Origin: Chromera velia
Taxonomy: Eukaryota
DNA length: 48,673 bases
Direction of reading: 5' to 3'
Assembly: GCA_018398765.1 (NCBI GenBank)
Contig: JAHBMJ010000400.1
Coordinates: 1-48,673 of the forward strand
Positions within the stretch are counted from its first letter, which is position 1. Each line of letters starts with the position of its first letter. Positions 1-12,800 of the stretch are shown here, piece after piece. The notes under the pieces are model-generated. The model saw nothing but the letters and a program-made list of their open reading frames with translations, did not search any database and was not told the DNA's origin. The position numbers and the translations under genes were made by a program.

Positions 1-636
1 GTGTCTGTCTGTGTCTGTCTGTGTCTGTCTGTGTCTGTCTGTGTCTGTCTGTGTCTGTCTATATCTGTCTGTATCTGTGTCTGTGTCTGTATGTCTGTGT
101 CTGTGTGTATGTCTGTGTCTGTGTCTGTCTGTGTCTGTCTGTGTCTGTCTGTGTCTGTCTGTCTGTGTCTATCTGTCTGTGTCAGAAATTTGAAACTGTC
201 TGTCTGTGTCTGTCTGTCTGTGTTTGTCTGTCTGTCTGTCTGTGTCTGTCTGTCTGTGTCTGTCTGTCTGTCTGTCTGTGTCTGTCTGTCTGTGTCTGTC
301 TGTCTGTGTCTGTCTGTGTCTGTCTGTCTGTGTCTCTCTGTCTGTGTCTCTCTGTCTGTGTCTCTCTGTCTGTGTCTGTCTGTGTCTGTCTGTGTTTGTC
401 TGTGTCTGTCTGTGTCTGTGTCAGTCTGTGTCTGTCTGTGTCTGTCTGTGTCTGTCTGTGTCTGTCTGTCTGTGTCTGTCTGTCTGTGTCTGTGTGTGTG
501 TGTATCTGTCTGTGTCCTTTCTGTGTACGTGGCTGCCGGTCTTTTATCCTGGCTGTCTGTTTGGTCTGTCTGTGTCTGTCTGTGACTGTGTATGTAAGTG
601 TGTGCATGTGTGTGTACGTTAGTTGGTGGATGTGTA

Positions 637-695
<59 letters not shown>

Positions 696-818
696 ATGTG
701 TGTATGTGTGTGTGTGTGTGTGTGTATGTGTGTGGGAGTGTATGTGTGTGGGAGTGTGTGTGTGTGTATGTCTGTGTGTGTGTGTATGTGAGTGCGTGTG
801 TGTGTGTGTGTGTGTGTG
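1..818. repeat. Compound microsatellite: (TGTC/TGTCTG)n grading into (TG)n
   Basis: Directly visible; the long CV/LS/TH-rich ORFs over it are repeat translations. Confidence 0.97.
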
Positions 819-2133
819 AATGTGGTCACGATCAACAATGGCAGTGAGGCTCAAGATCAGATGAGCCGAATTTTATCGATGATCACACATGAGCACCCAG
901 ATGCAAACAGCGAGGGATCACATGGGGCAGGACCGCCTCCAGCAAGTGAGAATTGAGAGTGTTAGGTTGGTCGGGTTTCATTTTTTTGTTTGCGAAGGTG
1001 GTACTGAACTTCGAAGGTTTCTACCGAGCGAATGCTTCGCTGTGGCTCCAATTGAGAAGGCCGGAATCTGCGGTTGAAGCAAACAGTCAACATTTTTATT
1101 CTGGCAATCGTGAACAATATGCATGGTGGACCATTGGTGGTGGTATGTTTCGGAGAGAGTGGGTTGAAACATTTCGTTCCGTTCTTTGTCGTCAATTAAA
1201 AAAAAAATTAATGAAAAACAGTCAGAAAATTTATGAAAAAATAAGGCGTACTTACATTGCAACGACTATAAAGTTGTAGTAGTATAAACAGTTTGTTTTT
1301 TAATACTCTGAATTAAAACTTCATCACTACTTCTACGAAATGTGTGTAGAAACCCAACTATCTAATTTACATAATTATTTTACGACTATACTTCTACATC
1401 ATATCACTTCATCATTCCACTTATATCCAACAAAATTGAGGTTTTTAAACGGTTTATTGACTAGCATAATAGTGAAATTGTTCAAAAATAACCATATCAA
1501 AGTGTATGAAGATTTCATTGACTAGATTATTATTTTTTTTATTTAATTAACAAACTAAAATTGCTATATTATACTAGATAGATTCACGTAAATTGAAGTG
1601 TTTAAGAAGTCATCTACGATACAATTTTAAGTGAATTACTAAAGTGTAATTGTCTAAAATGATAATAAAATTGTTCTAATGTACGATGGCGTTGCCGGTG
1701 CTTATTTAACTTAATTTAGTAAAATAAAAATGATAAACAATCTAGTTCATATAGTGAAATTTTAAATATTTAGTCAATTTAATTAAACCCGTTTTTTTTC
1801 ACGTGGAAAACAGTTAAACGGTTCAATCATGTGTGTTGTTGATTCAGAAGTCGGATTCGCTTGGCCGAATGAGTGGCGGTGTCTGTACGAAGCAACTCGA
1901 CGCTCGAAAGAGGAATCAATTGGACAGAACGGAAACCATCAGACCTGAAAAACAGTGTTTGCCGTTCCAGAGATGACTGCAGTGTGTGGCCTGGCATCTC
2001 GAGTAAACAATATTGGCTTTCCTGCACAGACAGAATTTTGAATCCAACATAAACGAAAGCTGGGGACTTTTTGTCCACAATGGACTCCGTAATTGGAGAC
2101 ACCGACAGAGACAGACTATCAGACCGATAGACC

Positions 2134-2750
2134 GACACGTTTTTCCACAAACGCACAGCATGCACACGTTTTTTTTCCACAAACACACACAATGTACATA
2201 CGTTACCGTTCTTTTTATTAATGCTGCTGCTTTTATACCTAAATATATTATGGAATTGAAAGAAATCTTTTGTCCACAGTGGAGGTCGTATTTCAATCAC
2301 GGACGAGACAGTTCATGCAGAGTCGCACAGACAGACAGCCGGAAAAACAGACAGACAGACGGATAGCTAAACCGAGACAGACAGAGAGACAGAGAGACAG
2401 ACATACACACAAACAGACACAGAGACGGGAAGCCACATAGACTCAGACAGACAGACTGACAGACAGCCAGACAGACAGGGAGACGGCACACCTTTTTCCA
2501 CAACGACGCACAATGAACAGAGACGGCACACAGCCAGACACAGACAGAAACAGACAGACCAACAGACAGGAACACATACAAGGAGACGGCACACGTTTTT
2601 CCACAACGACACATCATGCACAAACGATTCCGTATTTTTTATTAATGCTGCTGCTTTGATACTTGGAATTATTGCGGAATTGGAGTGCGACCCTTTGTCC
2701 ATAGTGGAGGCCGTATTTCATTCCCGGACGAGACAGTTCTTTATGCATGA
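2134..2750. repeat. Diverged direct duplication (~2140-2320 vs ~2590-2750) around a (CAGA)n tract
   Basis: Both copies contain TTATTAATGCTGCTGCTTT...TTGTCCA...GTGGAGG-CGTATTTCA...CGGACGAGACAGTTC. The motif TTTTTCCACAA recurs four times (~2140, 2170, 2495, 2597). Confidence 0.7.
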
Positions 2751-3276
2751 AGTAATTGAGAGTGGAGACACCGGACTCTACGTTTCAGACGGAAGCAAAT
2801 GCGGAAATCGAATCAGTAGACAGAGACGAGAGGTGAAATGGATCATCTATTACTAAACATATTCGAAACGAACAAACGAACGACGGACCTGAACCATGAC
2901 AAGCGGTGGCCGCACCCAGGACACAGCGGACGAGTCCCGTCTCCTCCGATCAGAAGGTTCTTCTAAGCTGCAAACGTGCGTGCGGATTCTTCAGACGCGC
3001 AAATAGAAGAGATTTCCTTTTCCAAAGGTAAAGAACCCGTCGGTTGACGAGAACGCATTGGGCTGTTGAAGGAGACGGATGAGTTTGCTAAAGTTCACAT
3101 CTGATATGGTGCCGTACCGACACAAATACTGAATGTGGTTTACCTACACAAGTCAGGTATGGACACAGTGTCCATACCGTTTGCTGTTTCTCAGGTCATT
3201 TGTCTTGCTGAACGTAGTAGCTGAATTGTGGCAACGGCACAGTTCACTGGCACAAGAAGGTCAGACGGTAAATCCA

Positions 3277-3425
3277 TGCATGCACCAAACGCATGCATGC
3301 ATCTACATGCAACTGCGTTCGTGCATGCGTGCGTCAAGTGGTTTTTGTAAGAGCCCCACAAACGGGTTAGCAACCATACTGCTCTTCAGCCGCAAGCTGG
3401 TCCTGCTGTGAAAGCCATGCATGCA
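3277..3425. promoter_or_regulatory. Cluster of TGCATGCA motifs upstream of the 3822 gene
   Basis: TGCATGCA at 3277, 3294 and 3418. This palindrome is a known ApiAP2-bound upstream motif in apicomplexans; function here is inferred only. Confidence 0.35.
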
Positions 3426-3821
3426 TCGCAACCCGTCGCCGCCGGGGCCGTCGGATCGATCGATCGATCGATCGATACAGTCTCGAACTCAAGCACCTCC
3501 AATGCGTTGCAGCGAAGCCGACGTCCAGGGCACTCACGCCGCACTGCAGCAGATCGTTTTGACATGTTGTCCAGGTGTGTATTCCGGTGGGGCCCCGCAA
3601 TTGGAGGACTCGATCGAATTTCTTTCCTTCAAGTGTCATTCACGAGACGGCATACTGCGAGCGTTTGTTTTCCCAGAAAGACTAAGTACGAGTCCTTGCT
3701 GTCGCTCCCCTCATGAACCTGTCAAAAGAGTGACAATTTAAGGATGATGTGATCACCAAGTGCTTTCTTCTTGGTGGCACTTCCGTCTACCCGTCGCCTC
3801 TTGTGTTCACTGGGGTTTCTG

Positions 3822-5207
3822 ATGGACGGCCACAAGGTTTGCCGTCTCCGTTTGATTCTGTGGGTGTGTGGTTTCCAGCTGCTGCTGCTTGTGGATGCCT
3901 TTCGAGATCCCCAAGCAGCATGGCGCAGGAGGGTGGCTCTGACGTTGAAGACTGCAGGGGTGAAGGTGTCGAAGGAGCCGGCCGTAGAGTCCTACATAGA
4001 ACCGGAGTCCCTGCCTGACATGGCCCTAGTCGCAGAGAGGTTCGCCCGTCAAAAAAGGGAACTCACAGTGGCACCCAAATACGACCCTGTTGAGGTGGTA
4101 GATGTTGCAAAAGTCGCCATGATTGAGCTTCTGGCGGTAAATCAGTACGAGTGGATGCCCTGGTACTGGCCGGTCGACGACGTCGTGGAGTTTCAAGGGA
4201 GGCCGATGGTCGTCACGGGAAGAGGACAGGACGATTTCCGCAGCTACCCTCGTTACATCTCTCTGCCTGCGTTGACGGACAGGTCGTATATAAATAAGAA
4301 GAACAGATCAAGGCTGAAGAGACTCAAACAACACAGGAGGGCATTGGAAGACTGGTTTGTACAAGACTCGTTACTCTGCAAATGTCACGAGAATTCGTAT
4401 ATTTTCGCTCGGGCGCTGCTGGAGCTCCTTCGTGATTTGCCCCTTATGCACAATGGGGCGAAGGTGACTGGGTGGGCAGTATGTGGCGGCACGTTCACAG
4501 GGGTCGATGCTCCGGGTGTGGGGCGGCGCACGAGTGTTCTGTCGTCGGAGGACCCAGACAATCTCCATGAGGTCACTCAGTGGCTTCAGAAAAAGAATCA
4601 GTCTCTTTCGGAAGGGGTGAATGCGACAGCTGCATTGGAGGAGAAGGCAGAGAAGGAGAAGTGGCACTGGTCGGGGTGGGAAGGGAACTCGACGCACGAG
4701 GGGGGGGGGCACGTCTGGTTGTCCTTCTGCTGTGAGGATCAGACAGTTCACATTTTAGACCTCTCCGCAGGCCAATTTTTCGTCGAACGCTCGCCTTGCG
4801 GGACCACAATTTTGCCTCCCTTTTTCCTCACGCAAATTGATGAGAATGAACCAGATGTATTTCCGAGAAAAGACGTCGGGTGTAAATTGAAAACATGGTC
4901 TGTGCCGACCAGAACTTCGTTGAGAAAAACGCTGAATGAATATATGAATTCTTGGAGGTCCGGGTACTCAGAGTCTCATCATGATCATAACAGTGAAGAT
5001 CAGAGCTTGTTTCAGCATGTCCGGTGGAGCACAAATAGGCAGTATGTGCGCGAGCTCCGAAAAACTGCAGATCTTTTTCAGAGACGGCTTGGGTCGGTCG
5101 ATGGTCTGTTAAAGAAGATCGATTTGGTCAAGGACAACGATCAGATGTTCACACAGATGCTCTTGCAGTACCCTTCTCGCAGAGTTGATTGGTGGCGGGA
5201 AAGTTAG
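3822..5207 (+). CDS. Intronless 461-aa protein with N-terminal signal peptide and a putative transglutaminase-like/papain-fold Cys-His-Asp domain
   Basis: Long non-repetitive ORF with first ATG at 3822. Hydrophobic leader LILWVCGFQLLLLVDA/F; motifs CKCHENS, GGHVWLSF and ILDLSAGQF. Confidence 0.7.
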   Translation: MDGHKVCRLRLILWVCGFQLLLLVDAFRDPQAAWRRRVALTLKTAGVKVSKEPAVESYIEPESLPDMALVAERFARQKRELTVAPKYDPVEVVDVAKVAMIELLAVNQYEWMPWYWPVDDVVEFQGRPMVVTGRGQDDFRSYPRYISLPALTDRSYINKKNRSRLKRLKQHRRALEDWFVQDSLLCKCHENSYIFARALLELLRDLPLMHNGAKVTGWAVCGGTFTGVDAPGVGRRTSVLSSEDPDNLHEVTQWLQKKNQSLSEGVNATAALEEKAEKEKWHWSGWEGNSTHEGGGHVWLSFCCEDQTVHILDLSAGQFFVERSPCGTTILPPFFLTQIDENEPDVFPRKDVGCKLKTWSVPTRTSLRKTLNEYMNSWRSGYSESHHDHNSEDQSLFQHVRWSTNRQYVRELRKTADLFQRRLGSVDGLLKKIDLVKDNDQMFTQMLLQYPSRRVDWWRES

Positions 5208-5329
5208 GATAAGGATGAGACCATGCTTTGAAGAAGCATGTCAGCAAGAAGCATATCACGGACACGAAATTTTTAAAGCAATTTCACTGACTCTTCCTCT
5301 GCTTCTCTCTGAGAGACTCCCTCCCTCCC

Positions 5330-5514
5330 CCCTCCCCTCTAGCTCGCAGCTCTCTCTCCCTAGCTCTCTCCATCTCTCCATCTACATCTATCTCTCTGCC
5401 CATCTCTCTGTGCGTGTGCCTGTGTCCGTCTCTCTGTCTGTCTCTGTCTTTTGTACTTGTGTTTCAAAAGGGGATCAAAAAAGAAAAAAAGAAGTCGTAT
5501 TGCCTGTTTGTCTG

Positions 5515-5565
<51 letters not shown>

Positions 5566-5700
5566 GAGAGTCTCTGTCTTTCTGTCTCTCTGTCTCTCTT
5601 TCTTTCTTTCTGTCTCTCTTTCTTTCTGTCTCTCTGTCTCTGTGTCTCTGTCTCTCTGTGTCTCTGTGTATCTCTGTGTCGATCTCTCTCTCTCTGTCAT
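5330..5700. repeat. (TC)n/(TCTG)n microsatellite
   Basis: Directly visible. Confidence 0.9.
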
Positions 5701-6054
5701 TCTCGACCTTATAAAATTGGAGCTAGAATTGGAGGTGTTTGTGGGGTTTCAGATTCTCTAAAAGGTACCAAAAAGTGGTTTACAGGTCTAAAAAAAAAAA
5801 AAAAGAAATTTTAGGAAGGGTCTAGTTAGTGCCCCTAGGTATAAGAAATAATGGGGTCGTGGGGAACGCATTTGTAACAATTATATGACAGATCTAACGC
5901 TTTATAGCTTGGTAACCAAAAGCTCTTTAAGGAAACGCCAAAATCAGCCAAAATATTTTTGGAAAACTAAAAAAAAAAACTTCGAGATTCAAAAAAAAAA
6001 ATGGAGGGTGTTGGAGGTCGTTATTTCATCAAAGATTTTGGTGAAGAGCCTTTA

Positions 6055-6347
6055 TGTTATAGGTATTACTACAAACGAATAACGAGGCTCATAAACTTAA
6101 GACAAAGAAATCTGCCAGTTCAGTCTTGGTCTGTTCACTTCGTGTATTGAAGACTCACACAACAATCTGGCTGTGACGTCATCAAACAACACTCAGTCTG
6201 CTACATGACAGCATGCAGCCTTTCCAATTTTAGTGGCAGCTAGGCATAGGGCGGTCCCATGACTGAGCCTTAAGGCCGGGCCGCGCGCACTACGTGCTAT
6301 CCACGAAAAGTACGTCCGCGCCGCCACTACTTCATACAAGTGCTACA
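6055..6347 (-). repeat. 3' LTR of Gypsy element (293 bp)
   Basis: Aligns to 12984-13296 with 18 substitutions and one 20-bp indel. PPT-like GGGGGCGGGC (minus strand) at 6351-6360. Confidence 0.95.
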
Positions 6348-6883
6348 AATGCCCGCCCCCAAGAGACGTGTGCCCACACACGTTCATTAAAGTGGACACC
6401 TCTCTTTGAAGGCCCTGTTAAGTCGGTCATTCACCTCGTCTCAATCAATCAGTCTGACTCGATCTAGAGATCTCGACAAAAGAGCGAAAAGAGACATGCC
6501 ATTCGATCAACCGATCGATCGCAAACATATCAATAGACATAATGTTCGATCGATTCATGTGCAACGAAAGTATAATACACAAAGATACTGATATACCACG
6601 CGCATGTTTTCTTTATAGTCTAGACTTGAATACACTTCTTTTCAATCTGTTCTGTCTTGCTCTTCTTATTTTTCTCCCCATCTCTCCATTTTCCCCTCAT
6701 GGACTCACGCATGCATTGCACACCACACGCAGAGAATCAGAGGAAGGGAAGAAAGAAAACGGAAGAAGATCAAAAACATTCAGAGCAAAGGACGTCATAC
6801 AGTGTGTTGTCTACTCAACACACACAAAGCGCTTTTCTCTTTCTTTCCTCCTTCTGCGGCAGCCCCTTTTCAAACACAGACTG

Positions 6884-9800
6884 TCACTTCCTTGCTTGCT
6901 TCTTCTTAAAGTCCTGGATAGCAGTTTGTGCCCTCTTGAGATTTGCTGCCGGCTCCCAAGACGCGTTTTCCTCTGTATCTCCTCTCCAGTGCACCAAGTC
7001 TAGGGGGCCGCACTCTACATATAGGTAGATCATGACCCCTGACTTTAAAGAAAAACAGACAAAAAAGTAGGAATGTTATGCAAGAAGTTTCATAAAAAAC
7101 CAAAAACTATAAATTACAGAGAATATCACAGAAACATTAGTTTTTATGTTAGGCTAGAAACATGCATTCATTTTTATGAAAAACTTTGTGTCGCCAGGTT
7201 TGGTTGGGCTGTTGGGCTTGTTGTACTGTTGGGCTTCACCTTGCCAAGAAGCTGTTGGACGCCCAACATGCCCAACACACAACACGCCCAACACATAACA
7301 TGCCCAACAAGAAAGCCCAACACGGCCTAACAGCCCAACAAACACTCCCAACATGCATAATAAGCATAATCATGATGATGAGAATGATCTGGAAGAATAC
7401 TAGAATAATATAAAACATGCACTGTTGGTGTTCTAGCAATCAGCCCAGGTTGCCAGAGAGGACCCGGAAGCAGCAGCACCAGCCGCCTCTTCCTTCTCAA
7501 CCCATATTCATTTTCTTCCAAACAGTCCCCTCTCTGAATGATATTTGCGGAGCACAATAGTGGGAACTTTTTATCTTTCGCCAGTCACATTGGGCCCAAA
7601 GTTTCAGGCTCATACTGCACCAATGTGCAGCACTGAATGTCTTAAATGGTGTTTATTGTATTTATATGCTTTGATACGTGGACCTGGCGTGTAAGACAAG
7701 CTTGTAGGGAAGGGAGGGGACCTTGTTGGGCTCTGTTGGGCACTGTTGGGCTTCATGACCTGTCATGCAGCTGATGAAAGGCCCAATAGAGCCCAACAGG
7801 CAACAAGCCCAACAGAACCTGGCGATACGACTTGGGACTGACACTTCTCAAAACTGAAGTTAAACTAGAGCTTGAGAATAGCCCAACATAACACTCTAGA
7901 ATGTGCTTCATCTGCTAGTGTTAACCTTATAACTTGGGATATAATATATAGTATAAAAGGATGTAGGAAAAATTAGGGGTGAAGCTTAGGTATACCCATA
8001 GTGCGGCCCCCTAGGCACCAAGTAGTAAACCTGTCGCCCCTCTCTTCTCTTGTCGATCACCTTTTCCACTTCATACTCCTTCTCCTCAAAACCTGGCAAA
8101 CGCATAGATGGCGGGCTCCGCTTTCCCTCCTTGAACTCATATCGCTTCAGGAAGGAGACGTGCAGGACTGGATGCCTTCGAATTTTTTTGGGGAAAACAA
8201 GCTTATACGCTACTTCTCCCACTCTGCGCTCAATCTCGAACGGTCCGTAAAACACGGCCACCAACTTTCTCTTCTCCCCCCCTGGAAGTTTTTCCCCCTG
8301 GAAAAATTTCCAGTGCACAAGCAACCAATCTCCTTTCTTGAAGATTTCCTCTCTCCTCTTTAAATTCAAAAGTCGGGCCACTCTCTCTCTGGCTTGATTC
8401 AGTCGGTCCTTCACCTCTTGAAGGATCGCTGTCCTGTCCTTCCACGTGTCACTTGCCTACTTTGATGTATGATGGGGATTCAGGAGAGCTGGGAAAGTTC
8501 GAGGCTGTCTGTGGCTACCCCCACAGGCTACTTGATAAGGAGCATAACCAAGCGAAGGGTGCATGCTCGTTCTGTAGGCAAACTGCATCTCCTTCAAATG
8601 TTTCACCCAGTCCTCTTGATGATCCACCACAAAACACCAAAGCATCTGCTCAATCGTTCTGTTGTCTCTCTCCGTTTGGCCATCTGTCTATGGGTGTGCA
8701 GAGGTAGAAAAGAGAAGCTTTGTATCTGCGAGGAAGTGGAGTCTCTACCAAAAAGCAGAAAGAAAACGCGAGTCTTGATCAGAAACGATTGACTTTGGAA
8801 GTTCGTGCTCATATACCACTTTATCGTAGAACAACTTCGCCGTCTCCACTGCACCTGCTTCTTTCCTGGTGGGCAAGAACCACACGTACTTGCTAAGTCG
8901 ACAAACAACTGTCAGGATGACATCCACTGTCATCCTTCTGAAGTCCATCAGAGGAAGAGCAGTGATCCAATCCATCAACAAGTGGTCAAACACATCGTCT
9001 GGAACCAGGAGAGGTTGCAGAAGACCAGTAGGCTTCTGATTTGAATGCTTGCTCCGCTGACAGGAGTTGTATGACCTCATGTACTTCTAAACAGAAGCCA
9101 GCATGTGCGGCCAAAAGAACCTCTCAATCAGTCGAGCGTGTGTTTTATCGACCCCCAAATGCCTACACAGTCGGCCGTCATGATACTCATGAATCATCTT
9201 CCTCTGGAGCTCTTTTGTTGGAATTGCGAGACGCTCACCTCAGTACAGAAGTCCATTCCGCAAACTGAAGTGTGCAAGTCGCATGCGAAGGTGTGGTAAG
9301 GGAGGGCGGGAGGGTCTCGGGTCCAACAAAAAGGGCAGGAGCTCCGAAAAGAAAGAATCCTGAGCATATGCTAACCTGATTTGTGATAAAATTTCTTCAT
9401 CTGGTCTCACTTCTATCATCGTTCTGACTGCTTCTCCTTCACTTTCTTCTTTTATCTCAGACCTCACAGGTCGTTGAGAGAGAGCACCCGGAAGATAGCG
9501 AGGGATGATGCGAAGACCATCGAAAAAAACAATCTATCTCCTCAATCGGTCAGGTACACCCACCAACACTGTTCTTGAGTTGATTGTCTTCAGGCTTTCA
9601 TGGTCTGACCAAACCTTAGTGGTGTGACTAATATAAGGGCGAAATGCCTTCACACCAAAGACCACCGCCAGAAGCTCCTTCTCTCGGATCGGATAGTTGA
9701 GCTCAGCAGCTGTAAGCTTCCGAGAAGCAAGGGAGACGATGCATAGTCCCGCTGCTCTTGGATCTTCCTGCATCAAAATAGATGCCAAAGTTGTCCCAGT

Positions 9801-12800
9801 GGCATCTGTGAACAACTTAAAGGGACGAAGAGGATCAGGCACGTAGAGGGTAATCACGTCAGCCACCCTCTTTTTCAGCAGAACAAACGCTGTCTGCTGA
9901 GGATCCGTCCACTCAAACTGAATGTCTTTTTTCAGCAAAGTGGTGAGAGGAGCCGAAATCGCACTGTATCCAAAAATAAAGCGTCGGAACCAGTTGCAGA
10001 GCCCAAAAAAAACTCTCAACTCATGTTTGTCTTAAAGCATAGGCCACTTCTGCACTTTGTTTTCTCCTTTTCTGGCCTCACTCCGTTCTGCGAGATCTCA
10101 TACCCAACATACACCATCTGTGGCACAAAAAATTCATATTTTACAATCTTTACGTAGTACTTGTGCTTCCTCAACTGAGAGAGAACGTCAGTCAGGTCTC
10201 TCTCGTGTTCCTTCTTATTGTGTGAGTAGACCAAAATGTCGTCGATTCAAGCGAAAGCGCACCTGTCAAGCAACGGGCGAAGAACAACTTGCACTGCTCG
10301 CTGGCTTATCGACGGAGCGTTGCATATCCCAAAGCTCATCACAAGCCACTCGAAGTTTCCATACCAAGTGGTGAAAGCAGTCTTCAGAATGTCCGCCTCT
10401 CGCACTCGAATCTGATAAAAGAATTGTCGAAGGTCGAGTCGAGAGAAGATGCGCGTTCCATGAATTTGATCAAGCAGCTCCTTTGCAAAGGGCAATGCAT
10501 GCTTATCTTTGATTGTCAGAGAGTTCAGGGCTCTGTAGTTAATGCACATTCATAGAGTCCCATCTCTCTTGGCAATAAAGAAAGCAGGAGCAGCATACGG
10601 AAAAATGGAGGGTCAAATGAATCCTTTCTTGAGATAGTTATCCAGCTGTCTCCTCATTTCATCCAACTCTCCATATTAATTTTATTAACTCAGACAATAG
10701 GGTGGGCGGGCGGGTGGAACATGCCCCGACTCGAGATCTATTATGAATTTAACGGACCTTTTGGGAGGCAGCTCCGGGATTTCGTTCGGGAAAACATCCT
10801 TGAATTGCAAAAGTACCCGCCTTGCTGCAGCGTGTAGAGATGGATCCTTCATCACCTTCTTATACGCCCTGTAGTTGTTCTCCTCAGCTGCGGTCTAAGA
10901 ATTTATACCCTCTGGAACTGATTCGATAGGGGCCTGAAGAAAAGCTTCATTCAGGTCCCTGCATGCCATAAAGAGAGAGTGATAATTCTCAAACGCTCTT
11001 TCAATCAAACGCTCTTCCAACTCATCAAAATCATTATCTGTCTCCTGTTGCTCCTCAAGGAAAAAATACTGCTCTTCAGAGAAAATATATGGATCGGAGG
11101 GGAGGGGACGAGGCGCAAGCCTGAAGATATACACCATGGCACCTCCTCGAATTGCTCGTTCAACTCCCCTGGCAGAAATAGGAGGAGGCACAAACCCACC
11201 ATATGGATCTTCCCCCCCAGTCCCCCAAAGTGTAAGCAACTGACCTCTGTAGGGGGAAGTCACAGTCTTTTTTTTCCAGTTAATCTGAGGGTTATGGGTC
11301 TCCAACCACTTCATACCAAGGAAGATGTCGTATTCGTTGTCAAGCTCAGCGAGGGTGAACTTTATCTCCTGCTCGTAACCCTAAATGCTCAGCTTGAGTG
11401 GAGCTGTGCACTCTGTCACCTGACAGAATGCTTCTTTTCCATCTACCTTCACTGCTCCTTTGCACCCTCTCAGATGCTTCAAGGGCCTGATCGGGAAGCG
11501 CCGGGTGTGGCAGAAGTCTGAAGAGATGAAGAGTTCATGTGCCCCGCTGTCCAGTAAAACTCTCACCAACGTCCCCTCCAAGATCCCCTGAAACCGAATC
11601 TGATTCATTCTCGGCCGAGGCGCTTGAACTTCATCGATGGCCCTAACAATAGTAACTGTATATGGCGCGTTGAAATCTTCTCTTTCAACTACCTGCAGTG
11701 AGGGATGATTCGGGGGAAAGGGCATAATATACACAGGAGCATTCTCGTAGCTGCCGTCATCAGGGTAAATGAAGGAAGCACGCTGTCTGCCTCCTCTGCC
11801 TCCTGATAGTGGAGTGGAACGAGAACCCTGTGACTGCATCTGCGGTCGACCACCACCTGTACAACCTTGTGGCCACCATATCATACCCTGATTCCCCCCA
11901 AATCCCCATTGCTGACCTATGTATAGGTATGCTCTTTGCATGGGTGGGCTCAGTGATGGACCCCAACTGGCCGAGAACGACTCACGAGGAGGGAATGAAC
12001 CAGGAGAGCCCCTCCTCTCTCTGTTTGCAAGATTCCTCAAACAGCGGTCAGCTCTGTGTCCAGTCTTCCAGCAAACAAAACGTCTCTTTTCATCCAAAAG
12101 ACATCTCCTCTCTGCTGGAGAGATGTTGTATAGACGACAGACATTGGTCATTTCAACATCTCCTCCATTCCCTTCACCCTTGCCTTTCTCTTTATGTGGG
12201 TTGGGGTGGGACTCTCCCTTATGAATCACTCCATCTTCTTCCATTCTTTCAGCCAGATAGGCGGCTTCTATCACTTCTTGCAGCGTCTTTGGCTTCGCTT
12301 TACTAACCTCCTGCTGGATCTTCGCGAGCAAAGACTTCTTGTAGTAAAACAACAACTCCGCAGTCGTCATCTCTGTCAGCTGTGCCGCAGCGTGCAGGAA
12401 ATCATCGGAGTAAGTCTCAATGCCTTTCGAAGGAGAAAACTTCACTGCATACAGTTCCTTCCTCAAAATTTCCTGCTCCTTCGGGTTTACAAACTTTTTC
12501 TTCAGTGCCACAAACAAATCGTTGAGCGTGTTGACGACAATCCCCTGCTTCTCTTCCAAATGTTCAATATAGTTCTGCTGAACGTTGTTGAGATAGTTGA
12601 TCTACTGCCTTTCTACAGGCGTTCCAGTCAACCTGAAGTACCTCTTCACCTTATGAATGATCCATGAAGTGAGGTGCTTACGCTTGCTATCGAAGACATT
12701 GGGCTTGTTTATGGTGACGGCTCGAGAAAGAAGGACTCCAACTTCACCACCTGGCATAAGGTCCTCTGAAGGACGAGAGCAATCCTCCATTGGACTATCC

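Noticed and set aside
1..847. Multiple 60-256 aa ORFs rich in C/V/L/S or T/H/D/R
   Set aside because: Translations of microsatellite. The same applies to ORFs at 5185-5814, 22296-22943, 30526-31708, 35790-36623 and 46206-46652.
819..956. Protein-like frame [45 protein letters not shown], a possible terminal exon
   Set aside because: No convincing acceptor AG and no recognisable homology; cannot be supported without transcripts.
7190..7820. GCCCAAC repeats as telomeric or satellite DNA
   Set aside because: Irregularly spaced, in both orientations, and enclosed by TIRs and a TSD, so better explained as internal motifs of the DNA element.
7001..8013. hAT assignment from the TAGGG start
   Set aside because: An 8-bp TSD does not match at those boundaries; only the 9-bp TSD with CTAG termini restores the host frame.
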